A stretch of DNA of 63,047 nt, the filler included, from Reticulomyxa filosa (Eukaryota > Protista > Foraminifera), in assembly GCA_000512085.1 (NCBI GenBank). It is 9 parts of 9 records of this genome, joined end to end, with 100 filler letters (N's around TTAATTAATTAA, not from the genome) between each part and the next. Parts side by side here need not be neighbours in the genome. Positions count along the whole stretch, not along the records: positions 39,291 to 50,482 come from ASPP01007796.1; positions 50,583 to 52,574 come from ASPP01046977.1; positions 52,675 to 54,602 come from ASPP01029070.1; 6 more parts are not named here. One strand, 5' to 3'. The notes beneath the pieces were generated by a model. The model worked only from the letters and a program-made list of their open reading frames with translations. It did not search any database and had not been told where the DNA came from. Every line of letters starts with the position of its first letter. Within the stretch, counting starts at the first letter, position 1. This document shows, piece after piece, positions 39,328-53,299 of the stretch. Position numbers and translations under genes: made by a program.

Positions 39328-42300
39328 TATGTATACGCATTTCTCCCTTCCACTCCCATTTCTCATCCCTTTTTTTTTTTTTTCTTCTCAAGTGCCTCAA
39401 TAAACTGTTTGTCCATCTCGAGCTTTCACAGGTACGGTCTTGTCGAATGCATCGGCAGTGTCGTCATGTGTGATGGCTTGATCTTTTGCTTGTGTCCACA
39501 CTTGCTTTTTGGACTTCCCTGTGACATCAACGCGGCTCTCCTTGTTGCTGCCACTGTATTGTTGTTGTCTCGGCGTCGTGCCTTTGTCCTGGTCGTATTG
39601 ACCATCATTATCACTTTCATTACCTTTCCGCGTTTCCATTAGGCCTCCGCGGTCCGATTCGCTTTCTGACTCTTCTGTTCAACCAAAATACAAAATATGT
39701 CCAAACCAAAGCAGACGCATATTATTTGCTTTTTTCTTTTTTATCAATAGCAACCAACCGTTGTGTTCCATGTATAATCGAAAATTTATAATGGGATACT
39801 TAAAGTTCTTTTTTTCTTGTGGTGAACGAATGCTGTTTAAAAAGCCTTTTATGAAAAAAAAAAAGTTAAAATCATAAAAACAATTTTCAAAACAAAGACA
39901 TTGTAAATATATATCCAACGGTTTGTGTTGTTAGCTTTTTTAAGTATTGATTCTGCATGTAGAAATCTATGAATTTATAATTTGGTAAAAACATGAGAAA
40001 AAAAGCATACAAATTAAAAGAACAGTTGAAGACTAGAACCACATTGAAGTGCAGATGAACAACATGTCAAAACAATTTGCAATAACAAACACACTTCCAG
40101 CTGTCTTTATGTAAAAAATGATAATTTTTCATTCACATTCAAAAAAGTAACATATAAAGGATAAATATTATTAAAGAAAATAAGTTGAAGGAGCTTTCCA
40201 ACTAAAAAAGTTCATCAAAAATGCATCGTTCAACAAATCCAAAGCTAAAGAAAGTAAAGAAATAAAAAAAGAACGAAAAACAAAAATGAAGATTGTTTGG
40301 GCAAACTTCGGGTAAGATCATAAAAAAAAATATTGTGCAAAAAATGAACGGTTATGCATTTCAATACACACATGCTCAATCTACTTACTTTTGTATGTAA
40401 AAAAAACAAACTTGTAAATACACAACATATACTGTGTTTGGACATTGACCTGCGCTGAAGAAATGTCCGTAGATCTTTTGGATCAAATGTACATAGACGA
40501 AATCACTAACGTCGATTATATAGATGTTGATCCAATTGAAATCACATCCAATCGGATTGACGCCGATTAACAATCGTCATCCGATACAAATATAACAATG
40601 ATTAAATTAATCAATGTGACGATGATTTGCACCAATGCTGGTCTCTAACACCACTGGAGACATAGATATAGTATATCTTTACATAATACTGCAATACACA
40701 ATCAGTAAGTGGACAGTATTGATACTTATACTAGCAAAAAAGTTTATAGCTAGTGATATCGGCCAATTCTGCAATGGGGAACCGCTTTCGAGGTCAATAA
40801 GTAATTATGTATACACTAGACAAAACATACTGTCGATATGTTTCTTTGTATTTATGCGTTTACAAATAAATACACAAAATAAAAAAACATGCTTTAAAAA
40901 TAAAAAATTTTAGGAGAAAATTATATCAATATTGTCTACTTGGGGGCTGGCAAAGCAAAATGATTTGTCAGTATTTTTCGTTTAATAAAAAAAACTAATG
41001 ACAAAAAAAAAGTATATTAAAAAAAAATCAATTAGACTTTGACTAATTTTAATTTTATTTTTTCTTATAGCTGTTTGTATATGGTACTTAGTAGCATAAA
41101 ATAATGCAGTTTTCACTTAATTTTTTTCTTTTTTTTTCTGGTGTTTTATATCTACTAATATACTGCATGAAATACCAACAGTTTTCAGTGCTAGTACTGA
41201 CATCGATATAGGTACTGTCGATTTGGTTAATTTGTGGTGCAGTGACGTATATGTCAGTCCCAGTGATTTGATACTAGTCTTTCGGGCTGGTATTGGTGTA
41301 ATAGTAAATGTGGATGGATGTGAATAGTATTTATGTGATTGTTGGGTGAGTATTGCAGATTGGTGAATTAGTTGTAGTGGTAGATGAAAAGTATATGATG
41401 TGATGATGTGTTGTAATTGCTGTCATGATACTCGCAATTGATGTATACAATGTCTGATGCGGTTATTGATGTCATTTTATCCATTCGAACGCGCATGAAT
41501 GTCTATTTTGTTTATGTAAAATTTTTTGTGTATAGTTTTAAAACAAATTGCTACAAGCAACATACAAATAACATAAATCAGGTAGCAAGGTCACTAAATG
41601 AGTTATTACAAAAACAAATTAAAACAAACATTAAATGTACAATTAAGTCATTATATGTACACTTATGTCTGCGTGTTTCATATACATTGTGCTACATTCT
41701 TGAATGGAGATATTGTATATATAATGTTACAATCAATTTATGAGTTGCTGTATCTGACCTTATCTTTGGTTACCTGATGTTGATTATATTATCGAAGAAT
41801 TTATTCAATAATTTTATTATACGATATGCTGAATTAATATTGATAAACAATTTGAAACAACAAATTTTCAAGATGAAAGCGAATAAAAGACTAAGATTGT
41901 GATTGATAGAAGAATGAATACGACGACAACACAAAAAATGAAGCATTGTATATTTTTTCGTTTCAATTCTTTAAGATTGTACACTTTGTAGTTTTTTTAT
42001 TTTGTTGGGTTCAAGTCTAAAATATTTTGTATTTCTTGTTTTTGTTATGTATTTGTTGTCTTTTTGAATGTTCAAATGCAAATTCTTTTTGCTGAAAATC
42101 TACAAAGTGTACAACTGCTTCTTTGGCTTTTATTTGTATCAGTTGGAGGTTATTACGATATGTTTTTTATACTTTTTTGTCCTATTTAGAAGAAAGCAAG
42201 AAATGTCAATTGCATAGCAAAGTTATTAACAGTACATAAATACTTTTGCAGATACTTGCGCTATTGTAACAGCGCACTAATGATTCCATTACAAATGGCA

Positions 42301-43109
42301 GTACGTTTCCAATGTTCACATAAATATTGATAGCTGCGGTAGTGCCTTTCCGACCATGTCTTTGGAGTACTCTACCCCTAACATATAAGGCACAACGAGT
42401 TGCCGAGTGGTCAGGTCCACCGAGCTTTGACTCCATATGCCGCAACTACTTGGAGCATCCATATCATAATAACACCATTCATTATCCTTGGCAGCTGATA
42501 CAAACAACTTTTGACAATCATCATCGTTCAAGGACATCACCGAACGTTTCAGTTGTAGTTTAACATTTGAAATTACCATAGCGGAAAGTACTTGTGCAAG
42601 GTAGGATCTAATAGAATTGAAACAATGACCTTGAGGCTTATTTCAATGCTTTCTGGAACAGTATAAATTATTGAAGAAATTTCTGTTGTCGACAAAATAT
42701 TCAAAAATTTTTTTAATTGATTTGTATCAAAATTTATAATTTGTCAGTTATTTAATTACAGCAAAACGAAGCTGAAGTGCTGGACGGGCTCCAATTCTGA
42801 AAATGAACGAGAAATTAGATAGCAAAAGAGCGATAAAACATGAGAAAAGCATAAGGATAAAAAGAACAGTTGAGAAATGGGATGTGTTTGACTTTATTTG
42901 ATATGGCTTGCTTTGGTTTTGGTAATGAGAGCGAGACTGTAGCACATTGAAAGATTTCGTGATTGTCAGTGTTACTCCAATGGAAATCTTTCTTTTTTGA
43001 ACAAACAAAATTGTAAACCAACAAAAAACAGAGGGAACAAGTCTCAAATGAAAACACCACCAAATTTGTTTCTCACAAAAAGAGTTTTTTTTATTATTCA
43101 AAGAAGTTT

Positions 43110-43953
43110 TTATTGGATCTTTTCGGCAGGTGCCATTTTATCAATTCCCAGCGATTGCTGTGCCTCCATGAGACAAACATACTCGGTCATGTCATTGAGC
43201 ATATTCACGTCCAATGGCAACTCTCGCTTGTTGTGGGCAATGACAATCACCTGTTTGTCTTTGGGGTCAATGGTCCAATTGTCCTGTTGAGAGACTAATG
43301 CTTCAATGTCTTTCACCGTAGTTGAATCCAAAGTTCCGCCCAAGTATGTCTCTGCCAACTCTTTCATACTAATGCTCGTATACGCCTGGTTCACAAGTTC
43401 CACCATACGTTGTCTGTGTTCCCTTTCCAATTCGCCCACAAATGGTTTCAAGTAACTGCTCCATTTAAATCCATTGATATTTTTCGCTACATTCGCAAAA
43501 TCTTCGCGCCACATACACTGGCCTATGGTCCACAGTGCTTGTATTTCGCTTGCATGCGCGCGAAACTTTGCATAGTAATCAGCTTTTTTAAAAAAAAAGT
43601 TCATTTTTTAACTTTATTATCCCGGACCATCAGAACGATCACCAACACACATTACATACACAACCAAAAAAAAGTCTACCTTTTGCAGTATCTTGTTGTT
43701 CACTTGCCAAGTTTGGATTTTTCAGTTCTGCTGGCAATCTCTTCCATAAATACTTGGCCAATGGCAACTCATTTTGGATCAAGTACGTCAACAATTGGAA
43801 CTTGTATGCTACTGCTTGTGCGTCAAACAGTTTGCTGCTCGTCCCAATCTCTGCTTGTTCACATAACTCACGTAAGCGATTGATCGGTCTTTTCCCACGC
43901 AACCATTCGCTTGCTGATTTTTCATCTGTTGGAAAGGTTGTATAAATCTCCAT
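43110..43953 (-). CDS. COPS8: COP9 signalosome subunit 8, 2 exons
   Basis: YKFQLLTYLIQNELPLAKYLWKRLP, EIQALWTIGQCMWREDF, VELVNQAYTSISM, LNDMTEYVCLME match CSN8 signatures. Confidence 0.85.
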
Positions 43954-44753
43954 TTTAGAAATTGTTATGTTGCTGGTTTTTTTTCCCTCTTCTCAGGGCC
44001 TTTTTTTTCCTCTTTCGAACAAGGTAATGCACGATTAAAAACACGCGTATTCCTCATTGTTGATATTTCTCATTAAGAAAATACTGAAGCATAGACATAA
44101 TTAATTTATTTGTCATCAGCACTAAAAAAGATGAAGTTTGTAATTAGTACGTCGATTTGAATTATGCACTTGAAAACAACATTGTAACGTCCGATTGTGA
44201 TTAGCATTATTGACTGCAACAAAGTTCTTAACTTCAAGGCATAAAGCTATGTCAACACTGACCTCAGTTTTTTAAAAAATTACTCTTGCTTTTGTTAATT
44301 AATGTCGTTCACATATTCCGTAATGTTTGAAAACATTGCTTTCCAACTTTTGCAATTTATGTCTTGGTTTTACAATTTACTGACTTACACTTACAGAAAA
44401 CTACTTCTTTGCTGCCAAACAAATTTAGCACTAACCTTCTTGATCAAAGCTGTTCAAAATTAAACATTGATATTCCATAAGCCAATTTTAAAAATTTTTA
44501 TCAAAGTGTGTAAATAGTGGAAGAAAAGTGAACATCTCCAAGTTTGATTATTTGATATATACGTGAGCTGCGAGATTGACAAATTTTGATATAACTTTTG
44601 CTCTTTGGGTAACGCTTCTTGATTTTCCGGATGATCAAATTAAACAATTTTCTTTGAATTTACGTGATTGAGAAAATTTTTTTTTAGTCATGCAAGTCAA
44701 ATATCAAAAATATTCGCGAAAACTAAAGAAAAGTAGATAGAACAAATATTTAT

Positions 44754-47700
44754 TCATTCCTCATTATCTTCTTCCTCTACTTCTTTTTTTGACTCTGTTT
44801 CTAACTCATGCGCTTCTTCAACATTTTCATTATTTTGTTTGTTTTCTTTGTCTTCGCTTTGTTCTGTGTTCTCTTCTACTTTTTTGTCTTTTTCGTCATT
44901 GACAATTCGCTTGAGCAAATAGGTCACAATACCTCGACTACACTGTGTTAAGAATACATCGCCAACATTACTGGTTGTGGGATGTCTGTCCCAGCCAACA
45001 AGACCAGCTGATCCTTTCATTTTGTCGATTGTATCACACAGAGTCTTGTTGTTGTATGAGAAAATGGCTTTTAATTCTTTTACAACAAATGCTGTGACAT
45101 CATTTGCCTGTGCAGCAATAATTTGTTCGGCCATGTCAGCTTTGAATGTCTGTCGTTGAAACATTTTTTCCTCGATGGTGCCTGTGGACAACAAACGATA
45201 GATATATGTGGGCTTTTTTTGGCCTGATCTCCACACTCTTGCCATGGCTTGGGCGTCATTAGCTGGATTCCAATCGGGATCATACATAATCAAACGATTG
45301 CCACCAATCAAGTTTAAACCACACCCACCGGCCCGATTGGACAATAATAAAACCATATATCCAGACTTTGCGTCATTGAATTGGTCAACGAACACTTGCC
45401 TTTTTTTTGTCGGAACACTGCCATCCAAGCGTAGATGCTGTATTTTATTGCTTGTCAACATACGACTCAGCAACGTCAACGTCTCCACGTAAACCGAGAC
45501 GATTACCACTTTGTCGTCCGTCTTCTGCTTCAATTGAAGTAGCAAATTAATTACAAATTTGCATTTCGAACTATGTTCTGGATTAAATGCCTGTTTGAGA
45601 TACTCTGCAGGGTACAATTCAAACAGACCTTCCAATTCAGTTCGAATACGACGTCCGTTCGAATCATGTTCGACATCTGTCCTCTCTGAAAAACTGCACT
45701 CCCTCCTTTTTTGTCTTTGTTGCCAGCATTTTTGCGAGAACTGGCACGACGTGCAACAACATTTGCAGACTCAACATTGATATCGCCTTCAATTAATGGT
45801 GGTACGCTAACGCCAGCAATTTCTGCAGCTGCTTCGTAAATCAACGTTGGATGGTTACATAATTTACACAGTATTCCACAAGCCAAAAATCCAAGTGCAT
45901 TTAGCCCTCCGTTGCCTTCTTCGCTGGCATTCTCCATTGCCTTTTTTTGCTTGCTTCACCGTTTTGGAATGCAAAAATTTCTATTCAAGCAAATTCCAAA
46001 AAAAAGAAAATTATGCCAGCATATATTTAGGCATATCTTTGTCCAAACTAAACTTCATATAGTTGCTCTTGCAGCGCATTTAATCTGCAAAATACTACAT
46101 ATTCCGATTTCTTTGGCAAATACTTTCTCATTACTTCGTTTGTCCTTTGCAGCAAAAATTGATTTAAGACCTTGCGAATCTCGTCCGTGGCTTCTTCTCC
46201 CTTGCTCCTAAGCTGATTGAATTTAACACATTCGAGCCACTCTGCTTTGAAATATTGTGTCTGTTTTAGTTGCTTGTGTGTTTTATAAAGTCAAAACTTT
46301 TTCTGAAACACTAAAGTCCATGGATCTCTCAATACTTCTTGCAAACTCTCGAAATTCTTGATAGCTTTCCCACACTTTGGGATTGACAAATGATACAAGG
46401 GAGTAGATTTCGTCCAGGTTATTTTGAATTGGGGTACCACTCAATAGCAATCTTCGTGAAGTGTCAACCTCTGCCACTGCTTTGAACAACTGTGATTTAT
46501 AGTTTTTCAACCTGTGGCCTTCGTCGCATATCACCACTCCCATGGGTTTGTTAGTTATCGATTTTGAATGCTCGCGGTAAGACTCATACGAGATTATTAA
46601 CACTGGATGCTTAGATTTGTGACATCTTTACGAAAGGAAAAAAAAAAAGAAAATGGGTTTTTTTAGTTTTGTGGTGACTGTCTTCTCAACAAGTTGTTAT
46701 CCACGTCCGTCAACACCGTGTGGTTTGTTCATTTTTTTTTAAGAGGGAGGGGAAAAGATAATATATGTTATTTGAGTTTTACACACCTGGAAAAAGAATC
46801 AATCATTTTTTTTGGATTTGCTAAACACACATATGTCGCAACAGCAGTAGGTCCAAGCCATTTTTTGATTTCATCGTCCCAATTTTTTACTAAAGATGCT
46901 GGACATAAGATCATCGCATTGTCGCACGTTGGTTCTCCATAAATTCCCTGGGTTAGTAGTGTCCACAGTACAGTTATTGCTTGCAATGTTTTTCCCAATC
47001 CCATATCATCAGCTATCATCACCAATCAACCGAAATATGTGCAAAATAAATAAGATTAAAAATAAAAAAAGAAACAAAGTACTCAATACCGAGGATACAA
47101 CCAGCACCACAATCATTTTTTAATTCCATCAAACAAGAGAAAACAAAGTCTATGCCGTCTCTTTGATGTGGTCGCAACAACTTGGTCAATTTTGGGTCTA
47201 TATACCAGTCAGCAACTCATATCTTGTTTAAAAAGTTTGAAATTTGGGTTAGAAAAAAAAGAAGTAACAAACAAAAATTTTTTTTTGATTGGTTGAGATT
47301 TGAGATTTTTGTAAGTGTAAAACGAAAGAAAAAAAAAGAATGTTTTTTTTGCACTCTTTTTTCTCATACCTACTACAATATGTACTTGTTGCTTGGCTTT
47401 TTTCTTTGATTTCAATTTATTCAACTTCTTTTCATCGTTGGCCTCGGTGTTGTCTTGAGCTGAAGTAGGTGATTTCTCTTCCTGGCCAGGATCATTTGTT
47501 TTGTCTGAGTCCTCTGCTTCCATTAATTCCTCTTCCATGTTATCTTTTTCTTCTTGAGGAGAATATAGTATTAGTGCATCCGGTGCCTCTGGGTCATGTA
47601 GGGATTGTACTACTTTTGGCTTTAATATTCCCAGTTGCCGTGATATATTATTGAATGCGTTGGAAAACTGGTCAACACTAATATTCAGTGCTTTCTCCAA

Positions 47701-48249
47701 TGCCTCTACCATCAACAACATTGTTTTTTAAAACAAATTACTTTTTTCTTTCTCCAACAATGAAAATTTTTTCTTTGGTTGTTGATTGGTGGAGACTTTT
47801 CTCTTTTTTTTTCCCCCAGCCAACAAAATGTGTACAGAAGTTCTTTTCTGCCATTAAAGGATAGACATACACAAACCAGGATTTGCAATTCGTGGCACAT
47901 TAAATCCTTTTTTCTTTTTTTGTTCAGGCTCGGATACGATTTGCGGCAACGATTCGATAGATATGTTTACCTTTTTCACTGGTAAGTTGACTGGTTTTCC
48001 ATTTTTGTTAGATGCTTTCGCAGCTGCCGACAAAGCTTTTTTAACTCGAATTGGTAGGTGATCTGAATTGTTGATTTTTGGAGGCCGGAAACTAAGCTAT
48101 TCCAGCACAAGTAACATCAAATATTGCATGTTGCCAATGCTTCTTAAAATTTGCACAGAGAAAAACAGCGCCTCGACTTTAGTCTTCTGAGAAGGTGGTT
48201 CGGTAGGGTCTTCCAACGGTCGTTTTTTCCCAAGCGATGATCTTCTCAT
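44754..48249 (-). CDS. RAD54: RAD54-like SNF2 DNA translocase, multi-exon
   Basis: MRRSSL start; LHDPEAPDALILY; ADDMGLGKTLQAITVLWTLLTQG; CPASLVKNW; ICDEGHRLKN; LSGTPIQNNL; KLCNHP; RLDGS; GGCGLNLIGGNRLIMYDPDWNPANDAQAMARVWRSGQKK; apparent 1-nt frameshift near 45715. Confidence 0.93.
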
Positions 48250-48796
48250 CTTTGTTTCAAAGGAAAGATGTTTATCAGAATAAACTAGATTGCTATCTCG
48301 TCTTGGAGTTTGGCACCTTGTTTGCGGTTTGTTCGCTTTTGTTTTTTCAAAAGATTCAGTTGTCACAGGTTTATATTTTTCTTTTTTCTCGTATTTGCCT
48401 AGCAAAAATATCTTATTAGTTTAAGTTACTGCAAATGGAATCGTGCAAAACTTATCGTTTTTGAGCTACCTGTTTAGTATGTATTGTCTTTGCAGCATCG
48501 ATGGAATACAGTTCTCTGTTGGGACGATCTAATTTAAACGAATCAAGTGATGATGCTCATCACAATATAAAAAAATCTTTAACAAAGATAAGAACAAACC
48601 ATTGTTATTTTTCGAGCACATTGCAAAAAGAATTGTGACGGTTAAATAGAAAAATTTATTTGAAGAAGGAAAATAAGAAACAAAAACAAAACCAAAACCC
48701 AATCAAGATCACCACGTCTGCATGAAGAAATAGCAAAAGAACAGTATATAATTTTGCGGAAGGGCAAGGGTAAAAAAGCAAAATAGAAAAAGAGGT

Positions 48797-50412
48797 CTAA
48801 TGTTTAACAAGAAAATTCATCAAAGTGCCTTGATTTAATTTCGGTTTTTTGATTTCTTCTGGAGGATGAGGATTGGAGTCATCATCAATTTTTTTGGAAC
48901 GCTTTGTTGTTTTTTTGCTTTTATTGGCATCTTCAAGCGCTGCATTTTTGTTAGGTTTTTCATTTTCTTTTCCGTCGTTATGCAGATTGGATGGACGCGA
49001 ATCAGCATCGTCATTTGTGTGACTTGGATCGGGTTGTTGAGGGACAACTTCGTCATCCGTGATTTCGACATCTACTGTGAGGAGTTCATCGTTTTGAGTG
49101 ACATACATTCGAGTTTCAATTTTTTTCTTTTTAGTTGGCACAATTTGCGTGTTATTTCCAAAGAAGAATTTTTTTGCGTTTTTCGAGCAATTTTTCTCGT
49201 TGCTCTTCTTTCTCTCGTTTTTTTTCTTGTCTTTTTGTCAATTTTTTTTCTTTGGGAGAGCTCTGTTGAGCCATATCCACATCATCATCCGCATGCACTT
49301 CTTCTGCTTCTGCTTCTTCTTCTTCTTCTTCTCTTCCTCGTCCCTCTTCATTATTCTTTGACCGTTTAGACTTGCTCTTTTTTTTTGTATTTTTTTCTTC
49401 ATCGTTCCTTTGCAATTCAAACAAAACATTTTTTTTTTTTTTGGTTGTGTGTTCCCTTTCTTTCCCTCACTTTTTTTTTTTCCGATTACAAACTGGGAAC
49501 AAGTCAAATCAACATCCACAGCATCGTCAGAGTCTGTCAATACCATCTTGCGTCGGTTGGCTTTGCGATGTTTTTGAAGCGCTTCCATTTCTTCGTCACT
49601 GCTGTTCCGGAGAGGTTCTTTAGCATTGTGTCTCGTGTTGCTGTTGTCGTCATCGTCGTCGTCGTTTTCGCTCACGGTGGATTCGTCATCAAATTCGAGT
49701 GCTTCCAATCCATGGCTTCCTTTCGTCTTTCCCTTTGACTTGTCGTCGTTCTGTTGCTTTTTGGATTTTGCTTTGGACTTTGCTTTCGACTTTGCTTTGG
49801 ATTGTGTTTTCGACAATGCCTTTGGTTTTGCTTTCGACTTTGCTTTTGAATTCTGTTGCGTTTCGTGTAATGTATTGTGATCTTCTTGAGAAAGTTGATC
49901 TTGATCATTTGCATTGGATTGAGCAACAGCTTGATCAGATTGGTGTTCTTGTTTTTCAGGGCTCTTGCGAGCTATCTCAGTCTTTTCTTTGATAGCAGCT
50001 GCTTTGGCAAACGAATCCATAATGGAAAATGCCTTCTTCGGACCCACTTGCTTCTTTGCGTCATTGGCGGACTTTTCATTGGGGTCAAAGGGTTGCGGTT
50101 TGACCACTGTTGCACTGCCATCGCTCCCGCGCATCTTTTTTACGCCATTATAATCGAACCTTTTTTTTCTTTATCTTTTTCTTTATCTTTAGTTTTATCT
50201 TTATCTTTAGTTTTGGTTTTCTCTTTTTTATTCCGTCGTTTGTTATTGTCATTGTCGCTGTCGTTGACGTCTTCCATTTCATGGTCACGACCATTTTCAT
50301 GCTCATGTCCGTGTTCATCCCCATTGACATGTTCATCACCATCATTGGGTGAGTCTCCCTTACTGGCTATGTTCATCGCTGCCAACTTTCTCTTTAACCC
50401 ACTCTCAACCAA
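48797..50412 (-). CDS. POLD3: DNA polymerase delta subunit 3 (Cdc27/Pol32) C-terminal disordered region with PIP box; 5' end lost
   Basis: Terminal PIP box QGTLMNFL preceded by KKKKIETRMYVTQNDELLTVDVE, matching the POLD3 KTYxDxDGYxVT-type motif; long charged low-complexity linker. Confidence 0.65.
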
Positions 50413-50444
50413 GGCTTTGTATTGTCATTATTATTATATTATTA

Positions 50445-50482
<38 letters not shown>

Positions 50483-50582
50483 NNNNNNNNNNNNNNNNNN
50501 NNNNNNNNNNNNNNNNNNNNNNNNNNTTAATTAATTAANNNNNNNNNNNNNNNNNNNNNNNNNNNNNNNNNNNNNNNNNNNN

Positions 50583-50705
50583 AGTCAGGACAACAAATAC
50601 AGGAATTAAAAGGACATTCTGAAAGTATTTTAGGAATTTACTTTTTATCTGATGGTAATATTATTGTGTCATGCTCTTATGATGGTACAATTCGATTGTG
50701 GGGAT
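50583..50705 (+). pseudogene. WD40 repeat fragment at contig start
   Basis: SGQQIQELKGHSESILGIYFLSDGNIIVSCSYDGTIRLWG*. Confidence 0.6.
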
Positions 50706-51548
50706 GAGTCATTAACATAAATAAGTTTGTAACAATTTAAATGTAAAATGGGAATAATGTCACTTCCCGATTTAGAATGAATCTTTTTTTATTCAACTTT
50801 ATTGTTTAAGCAGAATTTTCTAATGATCAAGTCAATAAAATTCCACACGAAAAGATTCAAAAGAGGCGGCCTGGTCATAATCACAAAATCAAAAAGCGTA
50901 AAAAAAATGTCCAAACAAACAAAAAATAATAATTCCAATTTGACGAATTTTTATTTAAACAAACTAACCCAGAAAAAAAGGGTATCAACAATTCAATCAT
51001 TGAAGAGTTTTATTTTCGAGCATTTCACAAAGCAAAGGAAAAAATGTTAGCTCTTTCGAATATATTAGGTAACATTTTCAATGGAAAAGAATGATAAGAT
51101 CACGTATTCTTTTTGTGACACGTGTGCTTCACAAAAAAGCCAAGGACAATGCCGTGGCTGAGAGTAGCAACTATATTTTAAACAATGATGTTGCGACAAA
51201 TTTAAACAAAGAAAAAAAAGAAAAAGAAAATGCGTGGGGAAACCAAAAGCAAAATTGCTCAAGGTAAAATTATATGAAATCATCTTTCATTTGGTGTATT
51301 ATAAATATGCATTTCTTTTTATCATCAATAAATCCAGGGAGAACAAAAAATTGCTATTATCTTGGATACTTGGCTTCATTCAATGTCAATTACTTTTGGC
51401 TGGATTGCCGATTTTAATCGAATCATTGCACAATACGTTCGATTTATATTTATTCATTTTTTTTTTTACTTTGTTGTTTGTTTTCTGATTACCTCTTCCT
51501 TCATTCATTGGTATATTTTCACAGACCAAATGGTTTAAGTTATCGGAG

Positions 51549-52415
51549 GTGTTGGATGGACATGTAAGATCAGTAAGAAGCGTAAAATTTTCTTGTGATG
51601 GTTCAAGAATCGTTTCATCTTCTTTTGATAATACTGTGCGAATTTGGGATGTCGTATCAGGCAAAATACTCAAAACTCTGGAAGAACATTCCAATTTTAT
51701 TTTTCATGCGCAATTTTCTCCTGATGACAATATGGTAATGTCATGTTCAGCGGATTGCACAATTCGATTGTGGGATACAAATTCTGGAGCCATGATACAA
51801 ATATTAAAAGGACATACAGGAGCTGTAAAAAGAGGACAATTTTCACCAGATGGAAATATGGTTGTATCATGTTCAGTTGATAGGACAATTCGATTATGGA
51901 ATATAACATCTGGAAAAGTGATAAAAATACTGAATACACACCAAGGCATAATAAATGACGTGCAATTTTCATCAGATGGTCAAAGTCTTGCGTCTGCCTC
52001 ACATGATACTACAATTATCATATGGAATATACAGCAAGGTATTCCAATGAAAGTATTAAGAGGCCATTCAAGTCTCGTACTGAGAGCATTATTCTCACAA
52101 GATGGTAGTACCATTGTATCTTGCTCAAGTGATAAAACAATTCGAATATGGGATGTAGTATCAGGAAAAGAAATGAAAAAATTCTTAGGACATACAAATG
52201 AGATAAGCGACATACAACTTTCCCCAGATGGACGAACAATTGTTTCATCTTCTCATGACACCACAATTCGGTTCTGGGACGTGAGATTGCAAGAAGAAAT
52301 ACAAAAATTAGAATTATTTGCATGTGGAGTATTAGGGGTAGATTTTTCACCTGGTGGTGATATAATGATTTCATCATCAACAGATCAAAAAATTTTATTG
52401 TGGAGTTCAATTTAA
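51549..52415 (+). CDS. WD40-repeat protein (about 7 homogeneous repeats, NACHT-WD40/HET-E-like repeat type)
   Basis: Repeated GH...V..AQFSPDG..IVSCS.D.TIRLWD units. Confidence 0.9.
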   Translation: MLDGHVRSVRSVKFSCDGSRIVSSSFDNTVRIWDVVSGKILKTLEEHSNFIFHAQFSPDDNMVMSCSADCTIRLWDTNSGAMIQILKGHTGAVKRGQFSPDGNMVVSCSVDRTIRLWNITSGKVIKILNTHQGIINDVQFSSDGQSLASASHDTTIIIWNIQQGIPMKVLRGHSSLVLRALFSQDGSTIVSCSSDKTIRIWDVVSGKEMKKFLGHTNEISDIQLSPDGRTIVSSSHDTTIRFWDVRLQEEIQKLELFACGVLGVDFSPGGDIMISSSTDQKILLWSSI

Positions 52416-52674
52416 TTACATAAATAACAAAACTAATTTTAGAGAGGACTGAATGGAACAACAAATTCAGAATATTAATAACGGACAATAACAGACTATC
52501 AATATATATTTGTCAATCTTTGTGAGAAATGGATTATTTTTCATTTGTATGTCCAAATCATGGAAGATTGGATANNNNNNNNNNNNNNNNNNNNNNNNNN
52601 NNNNNNNNNNNNNNNNNNTTAATTAATTAANNNNNNNNNNNNNNNNNNNNNNNNNNNNNNNNNNNNNNNNNNNN

Positions 52675-52935
52675 AAAAAAATAATCTAATTGTCCTTCTT
52701 TCAATATCATTATAAGTTGAGTTGCATAACAATCATAAAAATATGAAGGAAACCTATGAATCAAACATTGCAATGCATTATTCAACTGTTTTCCTTCCAA
52801 TTGTGATGAAATCGTTGCAAGTGCGTGTGCATATTCTTTACAAATTGTAATTTTTTCAATCTCAAAGACATTCATCAAAAATTCAATAGCATCATTCAAT
52901 TGTCGTTCATTTAAGTTCACTGATATCCCGCAAAG
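52675..52935 (-). pseudogene. HEAT-like alpha-helical repeat fragment
   Basis: Imperfect repeats NLNERQLNDAIEFLMN / QLEGKQLNNALQCLIH / ILKEGQLDYFF; no intact upstream frame. Confidence 0.55.
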
Positions 52936-53299
52936 TAAGTGTCAATGTGTTTTTTAAAATTTTGTTTGTAACATTGGACAACAACATCCGAAGTTTCTGT
53001 TGAAATACACAAATACTGTAATAAATCCAACCAATATTCCATTAATTCCTTATCATCAAGTGTATTGAATTATCTTAATTTGATCGATGATACACAAGTA
53101 GATACCTAGATGATACAAAAGATATTGAAAATTGGATAATGGCAGGATAAATAGTTACAAAATCCATAATCTTTTGCTCGTCATACAGCATCGTTTCACA
53201 AATGTATCCATTTTTTTCTGTATATCGTTCTTCATTGTTATTTTCCCTTTTCCATTTGTTCGAACGATAACAACGTTGAAGTTACGATACCAATATTAC

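Noticed and set aside
44754-50412. RAD54 next to POLD3 as a DNA-repair cluster
   Set aside because: Adjacent on one contig, but two genes in a gene-dense eukaryotic region is compatible with chance; no shared regulatory evidence
48866-50530. Long Phe/Leu-rich hydrophobic plus-strand ORFs resembling membrane proteins
   Set aside because: Antisense of Lys/Glu-rich low-complexity POLD3 sequence
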